A stretch of 62,856 nucleotides of DNA, the filler included. It is 6 parts of 6 records of this genome, joined end to end, with 100 filler letters (N's around TTAATTAATTAA, not from the genome) between each part and the next. Parts side by side here need not be neighbours in the genome. Positions count along the whole stretch, not along the records: positions 12,430 to 20,761 come from SRR20825010_6996; positions 20,862 to 25,524 come from SRR20825010_6999; positions 25,625 to 33,613 come from SRR20825010_7010; 3 more parts are not named here. One strand, given 5' to 3'. The translations under genes were made by a program, and so were the position numbers. Below are positions 18,423 to 29,157 of this stretch, one piece after another (the stretch's first letter is position 1; each line of letters opens with the position of its first letter). Below the pieces are notes generated by a model. The model made no database searches. It saw nothing but the letters and a program-made list of their open reading frames with translations, and was not told where the DNA came from.

Positions 18423-19120
18423 GAGCGAACAAGCTCCTGTGCCTCGGAGATGTAGAAGCCGCTGGAAATCCGGGTGGTCTCGCCGCGGCTCCAGTCCTGC
18501 ATGTCGCCACGTTCAAGCATCCGGTCCATCATCCGGTCGATCACAACCGGATGGATGGAAGGCGAGCGGTCGCTGCGCGGAAACAGCCCGCCCAGCTTGT
18601 GCATGGCGGCAAGAAGCCCGGTGCGCGGGGCAAGCGTGAACACCATCTTGCGGCTGGTGCGTTGCGCCAGTCCGGCGATCGCGGCCGTGGCTTCATCGCC
18701 GCTGTAGTGAATAAGCGCATCCATCGACACCACGGCATCGAAGGTTCCGTTCTTCGTGGCCAGCATGTCGCCGGCGACCAGGCGCACCGAGCCGCCGTTG
18801 CGGATCGCAGGCAAGGCTTCGTTCGCGTGTGCGATCATCTGCGGGGAGAGGTCGACACCCAGCACATCGGCGCCGCGGTGAGCCAGTTCGATGGCCAGCG
18901 GCCCGGCGCCGCAGCCGGCATCGAGAATGCGCCAGCCGCTCAGGTCTTCGCCAAACCGGCCGAGGATCGTCTGGCGCATGGCATCGCGTCCCGCACGCAC
19001 CGTGGCGCGGACACCCGACACCTTTTCGGTCGAGACCAGCCGTTTCCAGGCGTCGAGCGCGGTGCGATCGAAGTATGTCTGGATTTCATCCCGGCGCTTG
19101 ATGTAGGCGGCGTCCTGCAT
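18419..19120 (-). CDS. bchM: Mg-protoporphyrin IX methyltransferase
   Basis: TYFDRTA, ILDAGCGAG, MDALIHY, FPRSDRSP. Confidence 0.96.
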   Translation of the reverse strand: MQDAAYIKRRDEIQTYFDRTALDAWKRLVSTEKVSGVRATVRAGRDAMRQTILGRFGEDLSGWRILDAGCGAGPLAIELAHRGADVLGVDLSPQMIAHANEALPAIRNGGSVRLVAGDMLATKNGTFDAVVSMDALIHYSGDEATAAIAGLAQRTSRKMVFTLAPRTGLLAAMHKLGGLFPRSDRSPSIHPVVIDRMMDRMLERGDMQDWSRGETTRISSGFYISEAQELVRS

Positions 19121-19129
19121 GGTCCTGTC

Positions 19130-20761
<1,632 letters not shown>

Positions 20762-20861
20762 NNNNNNNNNNNNNNNNNNNNNNNNNNNNNNNNNNNNNNN
20801 NNNNNTTAATTAATTAANNNNNNNNNNNNNNNNNNNNNNNNNNNNNNNNNNNNNNNNNNNN
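20762..20861. other. Artificial contig linker
   Basis: N44-TTAATTAATTAA-N44. Confidence 0.99.
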
Positions 20862-22460
20862 GATGTTCTCGACCGGCAGATACAGCTTTGAACTTTCAGC
20901 ATATTCCAGTAGTAGGCATTCATGCGCTGCCCCTGCTGCGGTGACCACCTCCATCCCCAGATACCGGCCGATACCGTGGTCGACATGGACTACCAGATCG
21001 CCGGGTGACAGCGATTGATGTTCAGTCAGGAAGTTCTCGGCCTTGCGGCGTTTCTTGGGCTGCCGAATAAGGCGGTCGCCCAGCACGTCCTGTTCGGAAA
21101 TGACCGTCAGGCGCACCTTGTCGTCCCCCGTCTCCCAAGGGGCGACAAAGCCCGCCTCCAAAGGCCAGACCGCCAGATGCAGCCCGCGCTTGCCAATCCG
21201 GGTGCCGTTGGTAACGGGGATCGCCTCGGCCAGCCCCTCGTCCTCAATCAGGCCCGTCAGGCGTTCGCGCGCGCCTTCGGAATAGGAGGCGATAACAACC
21301 GGTCCGTCCTGCAATCTCGCCTTAACATGGGCAGCCAAGGCACTAAAAAGGCTGATGTTTTCTTGTTGCCGCTCAGGCGAGAAATTCCGCCCGATACGCC
21401 CGCCTGCGTCCACGACACCGGGGCCAGTGGCCTGTGGCAGCGGATGAAACTGCACCTCGCGCCGCGCACCAAGGGCGGCAGTCCAAGCATCATCATCCAG
21501 ATACAGGGATCCGGGCGGGATCGGCTTGTAAACCGTGCTGCCCAGTGACTTTTTCTGGCTCATGGCGTGTCGGCGTGCATCGAACTGATCGGCGATGCTG
21601 TCCCAGCGCGACAGGCGCGAAGGCGTCAGTTGATCGTCCAGCACTACCGGCGCCCCGGGCAGATAGTCGAACAAAGTTTCCAGCCGCTGATGGAAGAACG
21701 GCAGCCAGTGTTCGACCCCCTGATGCTTGCGACCAGCACTAACCGCCTCATACAGCGGATCATCGGTGCCCGCCGCACCGAATTCGATCCGGTAATTCTG
21801 GCGGAACCGCGTGATCGCCGCCTCGTCCAGGATCACCTCGGACACGGGCGCCAGTTCCACCACGTCCAGCTTTTCCGTCGTCCGCTGCGACGCCGGATCG
21901 AACCGTCGTGCTCCGTCCAGCACATCACCGAAGAAATCCAAACGCACCGGCCCGCCGTCCCCCGGCGGAAAGATATCGATGATGCCGCCGCGTACCGCGT
22001 AGTCACCGGGTTCCGTTACCGTGGGTGCCTGACTGAATCCCATGCGTACCAAAAAGGCGCGCAACCCGGCCTCGTCCACCCGGTCACCGACCCGCGCGGT
22101 AAAGGCCGCCTCGCGCAGAACGTCGCGGGCGGGCAGGTACTGCATCGCCGCCGACAGCGTTGTCAGCAAGACAAAATGCGTCGGCCCGCCATGCACCAGG
22201 GTCGCCAACGTCGCCATGCGCGCGGCCGAGATATCGGCATTGGGCGACACCCGGTCATACGGCAGACAGTCCCAGGCGGGAAACACCATCACCGGCATGT
22301 CGGGCGCAAAAAAGGTCAGCGCATCGCGCATGGCCGCCAGCCGCTTGTCGTCGCGCGCGATGTGGATCACCGGACCTTTGGCCCGCGCCACCTCACGCAG
22401 CACCAGACGGGCGTCATAGCCCTCGGGCGCGCCGCCCATAATGATACGATGTTCTGTCAT
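20862..22460 (-). CDS. mfd: Transcription-repair coupling factor (3' truncated)
   Basis: FPAWDCLPYDRVSP, RGGIIDIF, GDLVVHVDHGIGRY, LYLPVENI. Confidence 0.97.
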
Positions 22461-22526
22461 GATGGCTCAAATGGCGCGCCGGGCGCGCCGCGTCAACCGC
22501 GCACAGGCCGGATCAAACCGACACGA

Positions 22527-23048
22527 TCAGAAGGCAAGAACCGTCAGGTTCATGTACATGCCCCACAGCGCGGTGCAAAAAATCGACACGACACCGATGA
22601 ACTGCGTCAGCATCCGGTGTAGGCGCAACCGCCGCCACAGCGCCTCACCCGCGTTCTCACCTGCCTGAATGCGCCGGGCCGAACTGATGCTGAGCAGCCC
22701 GACAAACATCATCGGAAAGGCCAACATGAAAACGGCCTGCGCGAACTCTACCCAGTAAAAAAAGCCAAGGATGGCTGTCCCGCTGAGAAAGGCAGAGCCG
22801 ATCGCCACGATCCACAGCCCCGATTCCTCGACGATGAACAGCAGCCGGTTGGTGTTGATGCGCACCAGATCCTCTAGATCCTGCGACGCCTGCCCGCCCG
22901 CACGACGCGCGCGTGCCACCATGTCATAGGGCACGCCCAGCACCCAGTGGCTGGTCGACGACCACAGCACCGCCAGCATGACCCAGAACCAGAGGTTCGA
23001 AAAGGACCGCATGTCGATGACTTCGAAAACGGTGCTGTACCAGTCCAA
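22527..23048 (-). CDS. Rhodobacteraceae-type conserved membrane protein (often labelled 'component of SufBCD complex')
   Basis: IDMRSFSNLWFW...SHWVLGVPYDM, four TM segments; TTG start inferred. Confidence 0.7.
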   Translation of the reverse strand: MDWYSTVFEVIDMRSFSNLWFWVMLAVLWSSTSHWVLGVPYDMVARARRAGGQASQDLEDLVRINTNRLLFIVEESGLWIVAIGSAFLSGTAILGFFYWVEFAQAVFMLAFPMMFVGLLSISSARRIQAGENAGEALWRRLRLHRMLTQFIGVVSIFCTALWGMYMNLTVLAF

Positions 23049-23178
23049 TGCCTGTTCTCTTCCCGGTTGTTTTGTTCCCAGCGGTCCGCTTATGGCCTGC
23101 ACCTGCCGGGTCTGCAATGGGCTTGTCGCCTGCGTTTTTCCGTGTCACCCAAAGGTAACGCTGAGAAGGACCACACAG

Positions 23179-24177
23179 ATGCAGCCGACGCTTGCCCCCT
23201 ACCCCGCCACCCGCCTACGCCGTCTGCGCCGCACGCCCGCCATTCGCGCTCTGGTGCAGGAAACCACGATCAGTCCCGCGGATTTCATCTGGCCGGTTTT
23301 TGTGCGCGACGGTGAGGGCGTGGTTGAACCCATCGCCTCAATGCCCGGTGTGAACAGGCTGTCGGTGGACAAGGTCGTGGAGGCGGCGGCAGAGGCGCAT
23401 GCCTTGGGAATCCCGGCGATCTGCCTGTTTCCCTACACCGATCCCGCGCTGAAGACAGAAGATTGCGCCGAGGCATGGAATCCCGAAAACCTGTCTAACC
23501 GCGCTACGCGCGCGATCAAGCAGGCGGTGCCGGATATCGCCATCATGACCGACGTGGCGCTGGACCCTTACAATATCAACGGGCATGACGGCTTTGTCGA
23601 GGCGGGCGAGATTGTCAATGATCGCACGGTCGAGGCACTGGTAAAGCAGGCCCTCAGCCAGGCAGACGCGGGCGCGGACATCATCGGGCCGTCCGATATG
23701 ATGGATGGCCGCATCGGCGCATTGCGCAGCGCACTAGAGAGTGCCGGGCACCAAAACGTGCTGTTGCTTAGCTATGCGGCCAAATACGCCTCGGCCTTTT
23801 ACGGGCCGTTCCGCGATGCAGTGGGTGCCAGCGGTGCCTTGCAGGGCGACAAGAAGACCTATCAGCAAGACCCCGGCAATTCAGATGAGGCGATGCGCCT
23901 GATTGCACGCGATCTGGCCGAAGGCGCGGACATGATCATGGTCAAACCGGGGATGCCCTATCTGGACATCTGCCGCCGCGCGCATGAGATGTTCGGCGCT
24001 CCAACCTTTGCTTATCAGGTGTCCGGAGAATACGCGATGATCGCGGGCGCAGGGGAACGCGGCTGGATCGACGGCGACAAGGCTATGATGGAAAGCCTGA
24101 CCAGTTTCAAACGTGCGGGATGTGACGGGGTCCTGACCTATTTCGCCCCCGCTGCGGCGCGTTTGTTGAACGGCTGA
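23179..24177 (+). CDS. hemB: Porphobilinogen synthase (Asp-rich, non-Zn type)
   Basis: RLRRLRR, DVALDPY..GHDG, PSDMMDG, YGPFRDA, MVKPG, YQVSGEY. Confidence 0.97.
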   Translation: MQPTLAPYPATRLRRLRRTPAIRALVQETTISPADFIWPVFVRDGEGVVEPIASMPGVNRLSVDKVVEAAAEAHALGIPAICLFPYTDPALKTEDCAEAWNPENLSNRATRAIKQAVPDIAIMTDVALDPYNINGHDGFVEAGEIVNDRTVEALVKQALSQADAGADIIGPSDMMDGRIGALRSALESAGHQNVLLLSYAAKYASAFYGPFRDAVGASGALQGDKKTYQQDPGNSDEAMRLIARDLAEGADMIMVKPGMPYLDICRRAHEMFGAPTFAYQVSGEYAMIAGAGERGWIDGDKAMMESLTSFKRAGCDGVLTYFAPAAARLLNG

Positions 24178-24303
24178 TCGCCGCGTGGCAAAGCGCCGCC
24201 TAGAAAACACAAGATGTCGTGACAACCCTTGTCTCTCCAACTATATTGCGCCCCAACCGGCAAAAAGCCGGACCATGAGGCATTTCAAAGAACAGGCGGA
24301 CCG

Positions 24304-24855
24304 ATGACACTCACCAGACGAAACGTGACCTTTGGCTTGGGCGCAACTGCCCTGCTGGGCGCATGCAACGGCGTAGGCAGCAATGGCGACGCGCGTATCG
24401 ACGCCCGTGTCGATCAGACGCTGTCCAGACTGTACGGCGACTATCCCGCGACCCGCGATCTTTCCGGGAAATCCGTAGGCATGCTGGTCATGCCGGTGGT
24501 AACCGAGGCGGGACTGGGATTTGGCGGCGGTTACGGTCGTGGCGCGCTGCGTGTCGGCGGCGCGACGGTGGACTATTACTCTGTCGCCAAGGCCAGCGGC
24601 GGCCTTCAGATCGGCGCTCAGCAGTATTCGCATGTCCTGTTCTTCATGACCAACGACGCATTGCAAAACTTCCGCCGGTCGCCCGGCTTTGCGGCGGGCG
24701 CGAACCTCGAATACGCGGTGCTTGAACGCGGAGAGACGCTGGCGGCGGAAACCACCACGTCGCTGGCCCCCGTGATCGCGGTGATCTTCGGTCAGGCCGG
24801 CCTGCGCGTCGGCGCAACGCTGGAAGGCGTGAAATACACCCGGATCATTCCCTGA
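24304..24855 (+). CDS. YSC84/SYLF-related Tat lipoprotein
   Basis: TRR twin-arginine plus LLGAC lipobox; GLGFGGGYGRG, GLQIGAQQY. Confidence 0.85.
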   Translation: MTLTRRNVTFGLGATALLGACNGVGSNGDARIDARVDQTLSRLYGDYPATRDLSGKSVGMLVMPVVTEAGLGFGGGYGRGALRVGGATVDYYSVAKASGGLQIGAQQYSHVLFFMTNDALQNFRRSPGFAAGANLEYAVLERGETLAAETTTSLAPVIAVIFGQAGLRVGATLEGVKYTRIIP

Positions 24856-24863
24856 TCTGACCC

Positions 24864-24892
24864 GCGACAGAGGGGTCCAACCTCTCTGTCGC
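24864..24892. terminator. Hairpin between convergent genes (probable bidirectional terminator)
   Basis: 13-bp stem GCGACAGAGGGGT/ACCTCTCTGTCGC with a 3-nt loop. Confidence 0.55.
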
Positions 24893-24914
24893 CTACATTT
24901 ATCCTCCGCGCGTC

Positions 24915-25184
24915 TCAGTGATAGCGGAACTCTCCCACCATATTGCGCCATTCCCCGGCTGAGATCATCTTGCGATGGGTGAACCGGACGGAATGCAACG
25001 GTCCCTCAATCTCATCGTGCCAGAATTCGATGAACTCAAAGAGTTTGGGGTGATCTGGTGCAAGATCGTACTCCTGCCAGATGAAGGTATTGAGGACATG
25101 CGCGTAGTCGGGCATGTGGTAGAAGAACTCTGCCGTGGTTAGCCCGTAGCCCTTGAGCATCAGCTCTGTTTCAGACTCCTGCAT
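24915..25184 (-). CDS. usg: Usg family protein
   Basis: GYGLTTAEFFYHMPD...WQEYDLAPDHP...W..EIEGPLHSV. Confidence 0.9.
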   Translation of the reverse strand: MQESETELMLKGYGLTTAEFFYHMPDYAHVLNTFIWQEYDLAPDHPKLFEFIEFWHDEIEGPLHSVRFTHRKMISAGEWRNMVGEFRYH

Positions 25185-25259
25185 CGGTTTTACCTCGTGT
25201 TGTCAGATCGCCGATAAATCTTGCCAAGCAAATCTTTACTTTTCAATAAAAACAGCATG

Positions 25260-25286
25260 TTAGCACTGTCTCTCGGTGGCTGCCAA
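25260..25286. promoter_or_regulatory. CIRCE-like HrcA operator
   Basis: TTAGCACTG-N9-GGCTGCCAA, 14/18 match to TTAGCACTC-N9-GAGTGCTAA. Confidence 0.65.
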
Positions 25287-25311
25287 TGTCCGCCCATCGC
25301 GCTGCCATTGC

Positions 25312-25358
25312 ACCCTACAGATAGTCTCTGATATAAGCGCCTCAACAAGATATGGCAG
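25312..25358 (+). promoter_or_regulatory. Tandem NrdR-like boxes over the gyrA promoter
   Basis: accCTACAGATAGtct and caaCAAGATATGGcag, each 8/10 to core CWATATATWG, 31 bp apart. Confidence 0.55.
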
Positions 25359-25379
25359 AACAACCAGCAGGCTCATTTC

Positions 25380-25524
25380 GTGAACGACACGCCAGAACCC
25401 CCTGAAAACGAAGACGAAATGCGCCCCGTCTATCGCGGCCCTTCGATCTCTATCGAAGACGAGATGAAGGTCAGCTATCTCGACTACGCGATGAGCGTGA
25501 TTGTGAGCCGTGCGATTCCCGATT
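25380..25524 (+). CDS. gyrA: DNA gyrase subunit A, N-terminus (3' truncated)
   Basis: ISIEDEMKVSYLDYAMSVIVSRAIPD. Confidence 0.93.
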
Positions 25525-25624
25525 NNNNNNNNNNNNNNNNNNNNNNNNNNNNNNNNNNNNNNNNNNNNTTAATTAATTAANNNNNNNNNNNNNNNNNNNN
25601 NNNNNNNNNNNNNNNNNNNNNNNN
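25525..25624. other. Artificial contig linker
   Basis: N44-TTAATTAATTAA-N44. Confidence 0.99.
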
Positions 25625-27243
25625 AAACCGTTGATCCGGCTCACCACCTGACGGAACACAAGGAGCCAGCCAATCAGAAGGCCGACACCCGCGCTGATAA
25701 GGACCATCGCGAACAAAAGGTTCTGGCTGTGTTCGATCCGGGCGAGCGCGCTGCTCTCGCTTTCGGAGGATACTTTTTCCGCCTCGGCGACGACATTCTG
25801 AACTTCATTGTGAATGCTGGCAGCCGTCGCACGGGTGTTGTCGAGGGCCTGAAGCGCGGCACTGTCGATTTCAAGCTGGGCCCGGCGCAAGGCGAAGATG
25901 CTTCCGTCACCGGAACCGAATGCCATGATCCTTGCCGCCAGCTCCGGAACATTCTCCGAGATTACGGTGTCACGGAAGCGGGCGATGGCTCCCTCGAATA
26001 AAGCTTTCTCTGCCTCGAAATGATCGGCGATGGCGCCGAGGGCGGTAACGTCCGGAGCGCTGGCGCCGGAATTCAGCAGCCCGGCCATCAGATTGGCTTC
26101 GGCCGCGAGCTCCAGCATGGCCTGCAGGCGCGTGACATCGCCGTTCACCAGATCATCGATCGTGTCGCTGACCGTCGCATTCAGGTTTCGGCCGCCAAGG
26201 GCGAGATTGCGGGTGGCATCCTGGACGACAGGTTCGACCTTGGAGGCAAATGCCTCTTCGAGAGCGGCAAGTTTCGTGTCGAGCGCATGCCGTTTGTCTT
26301 TCAGGGTCAGGGTTTGCTGAAACGTCAGAGATTGATTGAAGTCGAGCTCCGTTGTCCTGATGGCGAACATCGAATTCTCACCGTTTCCGATTTCGAGAAG
26401 CGCCTGGGTAAATTCTGTCAGGGCCGTGGCGGCCTCGGTGTCGGGGAGCATGTCCTCGTAGGTCAGGATATCGAGCAGGATTGTGCTGAAACGATCCTGA
26501 AGGGCCGGTATTGCCTCCATCTCGGTCACTGCCGCCGTACGTGCCATCAGTCCCATGATTTCGCGCAGGCTGGCATTGAGACGGAGACCGGCCTGCAGGG
26601 CATTTACCTCGCCCTGGAGCAGGGACGTGACCAGCTCCGAGACCCGCTCAACCGTCTCGTCTCCCTTTATGACGAGCGTGCCGTTTGCCTCTTTTACCAA
26701 GGGGCCAAGCTCGTCTAGGAAGCTCTGATGAATGGTCATCAGACTGGAGACGTTTTGGCTGACCTGAGTGGAGATTCCCTGTTTCTCCTGCATTTTTGTG
26801 CTGAGGGTTTCGATGCCGCCCCGGAACGTGCTGATCAGATCGAGATTTGTCTGTTTCTGGTCGCTGCTCAGGGCCGAGAGGCCACGAACGCGATCCTCCA
26901 GATGGGTCAGCAGGGTCGCGATCTCCGCTTCGATGGCGCTGCGCTGCTCTTCCGTTTGTGCGGTGACGATTTCAGGCGCCTTGGCTGCGGCCCCGGCGCT
27001 CTCTGCTGCCAGTTGCAAGGAGGATTTGATGGCCGGAATGGCGTTGCCGGCGAAATTTTCCATGGCGTTCTTGAGGTCGCCAAAGGCCCAGAAAGAGACG
27101 CCGGCGGCGACGGTGGTAATGGCGAACATGCCGCCAATCGCAAGATAAAGTTTTCCGCCGACACCAAGCCCCGAGCGCTTTTTTGCCGGTAATGTGGTTG
27201 CGTTTGCCTCTGGCAGTGCGTCCGACGTTTCAATTGTCGACAT
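25625..27243 (-). CDS. Membrane sensor (probable methyl-accepting chemotaxis protein) with a large helical periplasmic domain (3' truncated)
   Basis: Two TM segments flanking a long helical region, then the start of a HAMP-like segment; output domain missing. Confidence 0.65.
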
Positions 27244-27713
27244 TTTTTGTTTCCCCCGTTCTTGTTTTTAATTCCCCCGCGGGTCAGACAGGCGGCACCC
27301 TCCGCCCGGCTTTCCGGTCTTTCTGCTTATTTTCCGGGACTCAAAACCATGCCAAGGCGTGTCAAAATGAAGTGCGTAAAGTTCGCGCAGTCTTCTTTCG
27401 CGCATTGGCCAAGTACCGGCGGTTTTGTTTGCTGTGCTCCCATGCAGCAGCAAGGACCGTTGTTTAAGAATTAGGAATTACCTAATTTGATTGTGAATAT
27501 ATATCATGAGTTTAAAATTATGTGATCGTTAGATTCAAATTAGAGTCAATTATTTGACCGTTATTTATGTGTGATTATTTAAGGTTATGAAAATAAAACA
27601 AATTTTTGAAATAAACTGAAATGAACTGTACTGTTCCCGCACGGTGTCACGTTGTTTTTGTTGATGGTGACGCAATATAATATTCAACTTATGCAGAATT
27701 TTTGTAGGGACTT

Positions 27714-28448
27714 ATGGCGTCACTAAATTCCGATCCGAGATTAATGAGGGCATATGGTTATCCATATCCGGCGCCGGAACATGATTTCCTGTTTCGGGCA
27801 GGAGACGTGGCACCTCTCGATCTTTCATTTGATCTCGGTAGCCGGCAGCCGGTGATTGCCGTCGGCTCGAACCGGGCACCGGAACAGCTGGCGCGGAAAT
27901 TCGGCCCGGAACACGACCGCACGATACCGGTTACATGGGCCTGGATGCAGGGCTATGACGTGGTCTATTGCGCGCATCTGGCCGGATACGGATCGGTGCC
28001 CGCCACGCTCCACGGCAGTCCGGGAACAGAGGTCCGGGTGGCCATCACCTGGCTGACGGAAGCGCAGCTTGAGCGGATGCACGAGACCGAGAATGTCGGT
28101 GCCAGTTACGTCTATGGAACATTCGATCCGGATACGATCAATCTTGGCGAGGGCCGCCCGGCGGTGCGGGCTGGTTGCTATATTACGAAATGCGGTGCGC
28201 TGGCGCTGGATGGCGCGCCGGTTGCGCTGGCCGAGATCGAGGCCAGGGAGAGGCGGTTCAGAAGTCTGCCCCAGGCGGCGAAACTGGCGCTCCTGCACAG
28301 CATGTTCGGCGATCATCCGGAGGAGGAGGCATGGGTCCTGTCCCTGTTGGGCGAAGAGAACGGGCCGCGCCGGGCGCATCTGACGGAACGGTTGTCCGAG
28401 ACCACGATGCTGTTCGAGGACCCGCGCTTCAGGGTTGTTCTGGGATAG
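27714..28448 (+). CDS. Hypothetical protein, gamma-glutamylcyclotransferase-like
   Basis: VIAVGSN resembles the GGCT AYGSN motif; LERMHETE resembles the catalytic LDxxE helix. Confidence 0.45.
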   Translation: MASLNSDPRLMRAYGYPYPAPEHDFLFRAGDVAPLDLSFDLGSRQPVIAVGSNRAPEQLARKFGPEHDRTIPVTWAWMQGYDVVYCAHLAGYGSVPATLHGSPGTEVRVAITWLTEAQLERMHETENVGASYVYGTFDPDTINLGEGRPAVRAGCYITKCGALALDGAPVALAEIEARERRFRSLPQAAKLALLHSMFGDHPEEEAWVLSLLGEENGPRRAHLTERLSETTMLFEDPRFRVVLG

Positions 28449-29157
28449 GTATGGCGGCAGCTTCGGCCGTGCCTGTCAGCCGCCATACGGCGGTTCGCCG
28501 CAGCTCCGAATCCTCGATCTCAAGGGATACCGGTACGTCATAGTGTGCGCAGAGCGCGATGCCGCCGGTTGGCTGATAGGTCCGCCCTGGATCGCCGACC
28601 AGTACCAGCGCACCCGCATCCGCATGCCGTTGCAGCCAGGCCTGCATGCGGTCGGACATGCTCCGCTCATAGCAGATGTCCCCGGCAAGCACGGTGTCGT
28701 ATAGCGGCCCGCCATCCTCGGCCATCACCGGCTCGTCCAGCATGTCCCGGATCGCGATGGTCAGTCCAGCCTGCAGCCCGTTTGTTTCCGCGTTGAGGGC
28801 GATTGCGATGGCGGCCACGGGGTCGGTATCATTGGAGATCACGGTCGCCGCCGATGCCCAGAGCGCGGCCAGCCCAACCATGCCGGACCCGGCGCCGACA
28901 TCGAGGACCCGTTTTCCCGCGACGAGCGGGGCATTGTCGATGACATACCGCGCCACCGCCTGCCCGCCCGCCCAGGGAAAGGCCCAGTAGGGCGGCGGCA
29001 GGCCATGTTGCTCCAGCTCCGTCTCGGTTGCCTGCCAGAGCGTCGTCGCTTCCGTGGCCAGATGCAGCGTCAGTTCCGGGATCAGGGGCGGGGAGACTAT
29101 TTCGGTGTTGCGGAGGATGAACTCCGCTGTGATCAGCTTTGTGCTGCCGGGGATCAT
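28429..29157 (-). CDS. Class I SAM-dependent protein-lysine methyltransferase (METTL20/PrmA-like)
   Basis: PPPYWAFPWAGGQAVARY, VLDVGAGSG, LAGDICYE, GDPGR; ATGA overlap with ubiA. Confidence 0.85.
   Translation of the reverse strand: MIPGSTKLITAEFILRNTEIVSPPLIPELTLHLATEATTLWQATETELEQHGLPPPYWAFPWAGGQAVARYVIDNAPLVAGKRVLDVGAGSGMVGLAALWASAATVISNDTDPVAAIAIALNAETNGLQAGLTIAIRDMLDEPVMAEDGGPLYDTVLAGDICYERSMSDRMQAWLQRHADAGALVLVGDPGRTYQPTGGIALCAHYDVPVSLEIEDSELRRTAVWRLTGTAEAAAIPIPEQP

Noticed and set aside
22527-23048. Fe-S assembly role implied by the label 'component of SufBCD complex'
   Set aside because: No Suf motifs or suf neighbours; only a TM protein is supported
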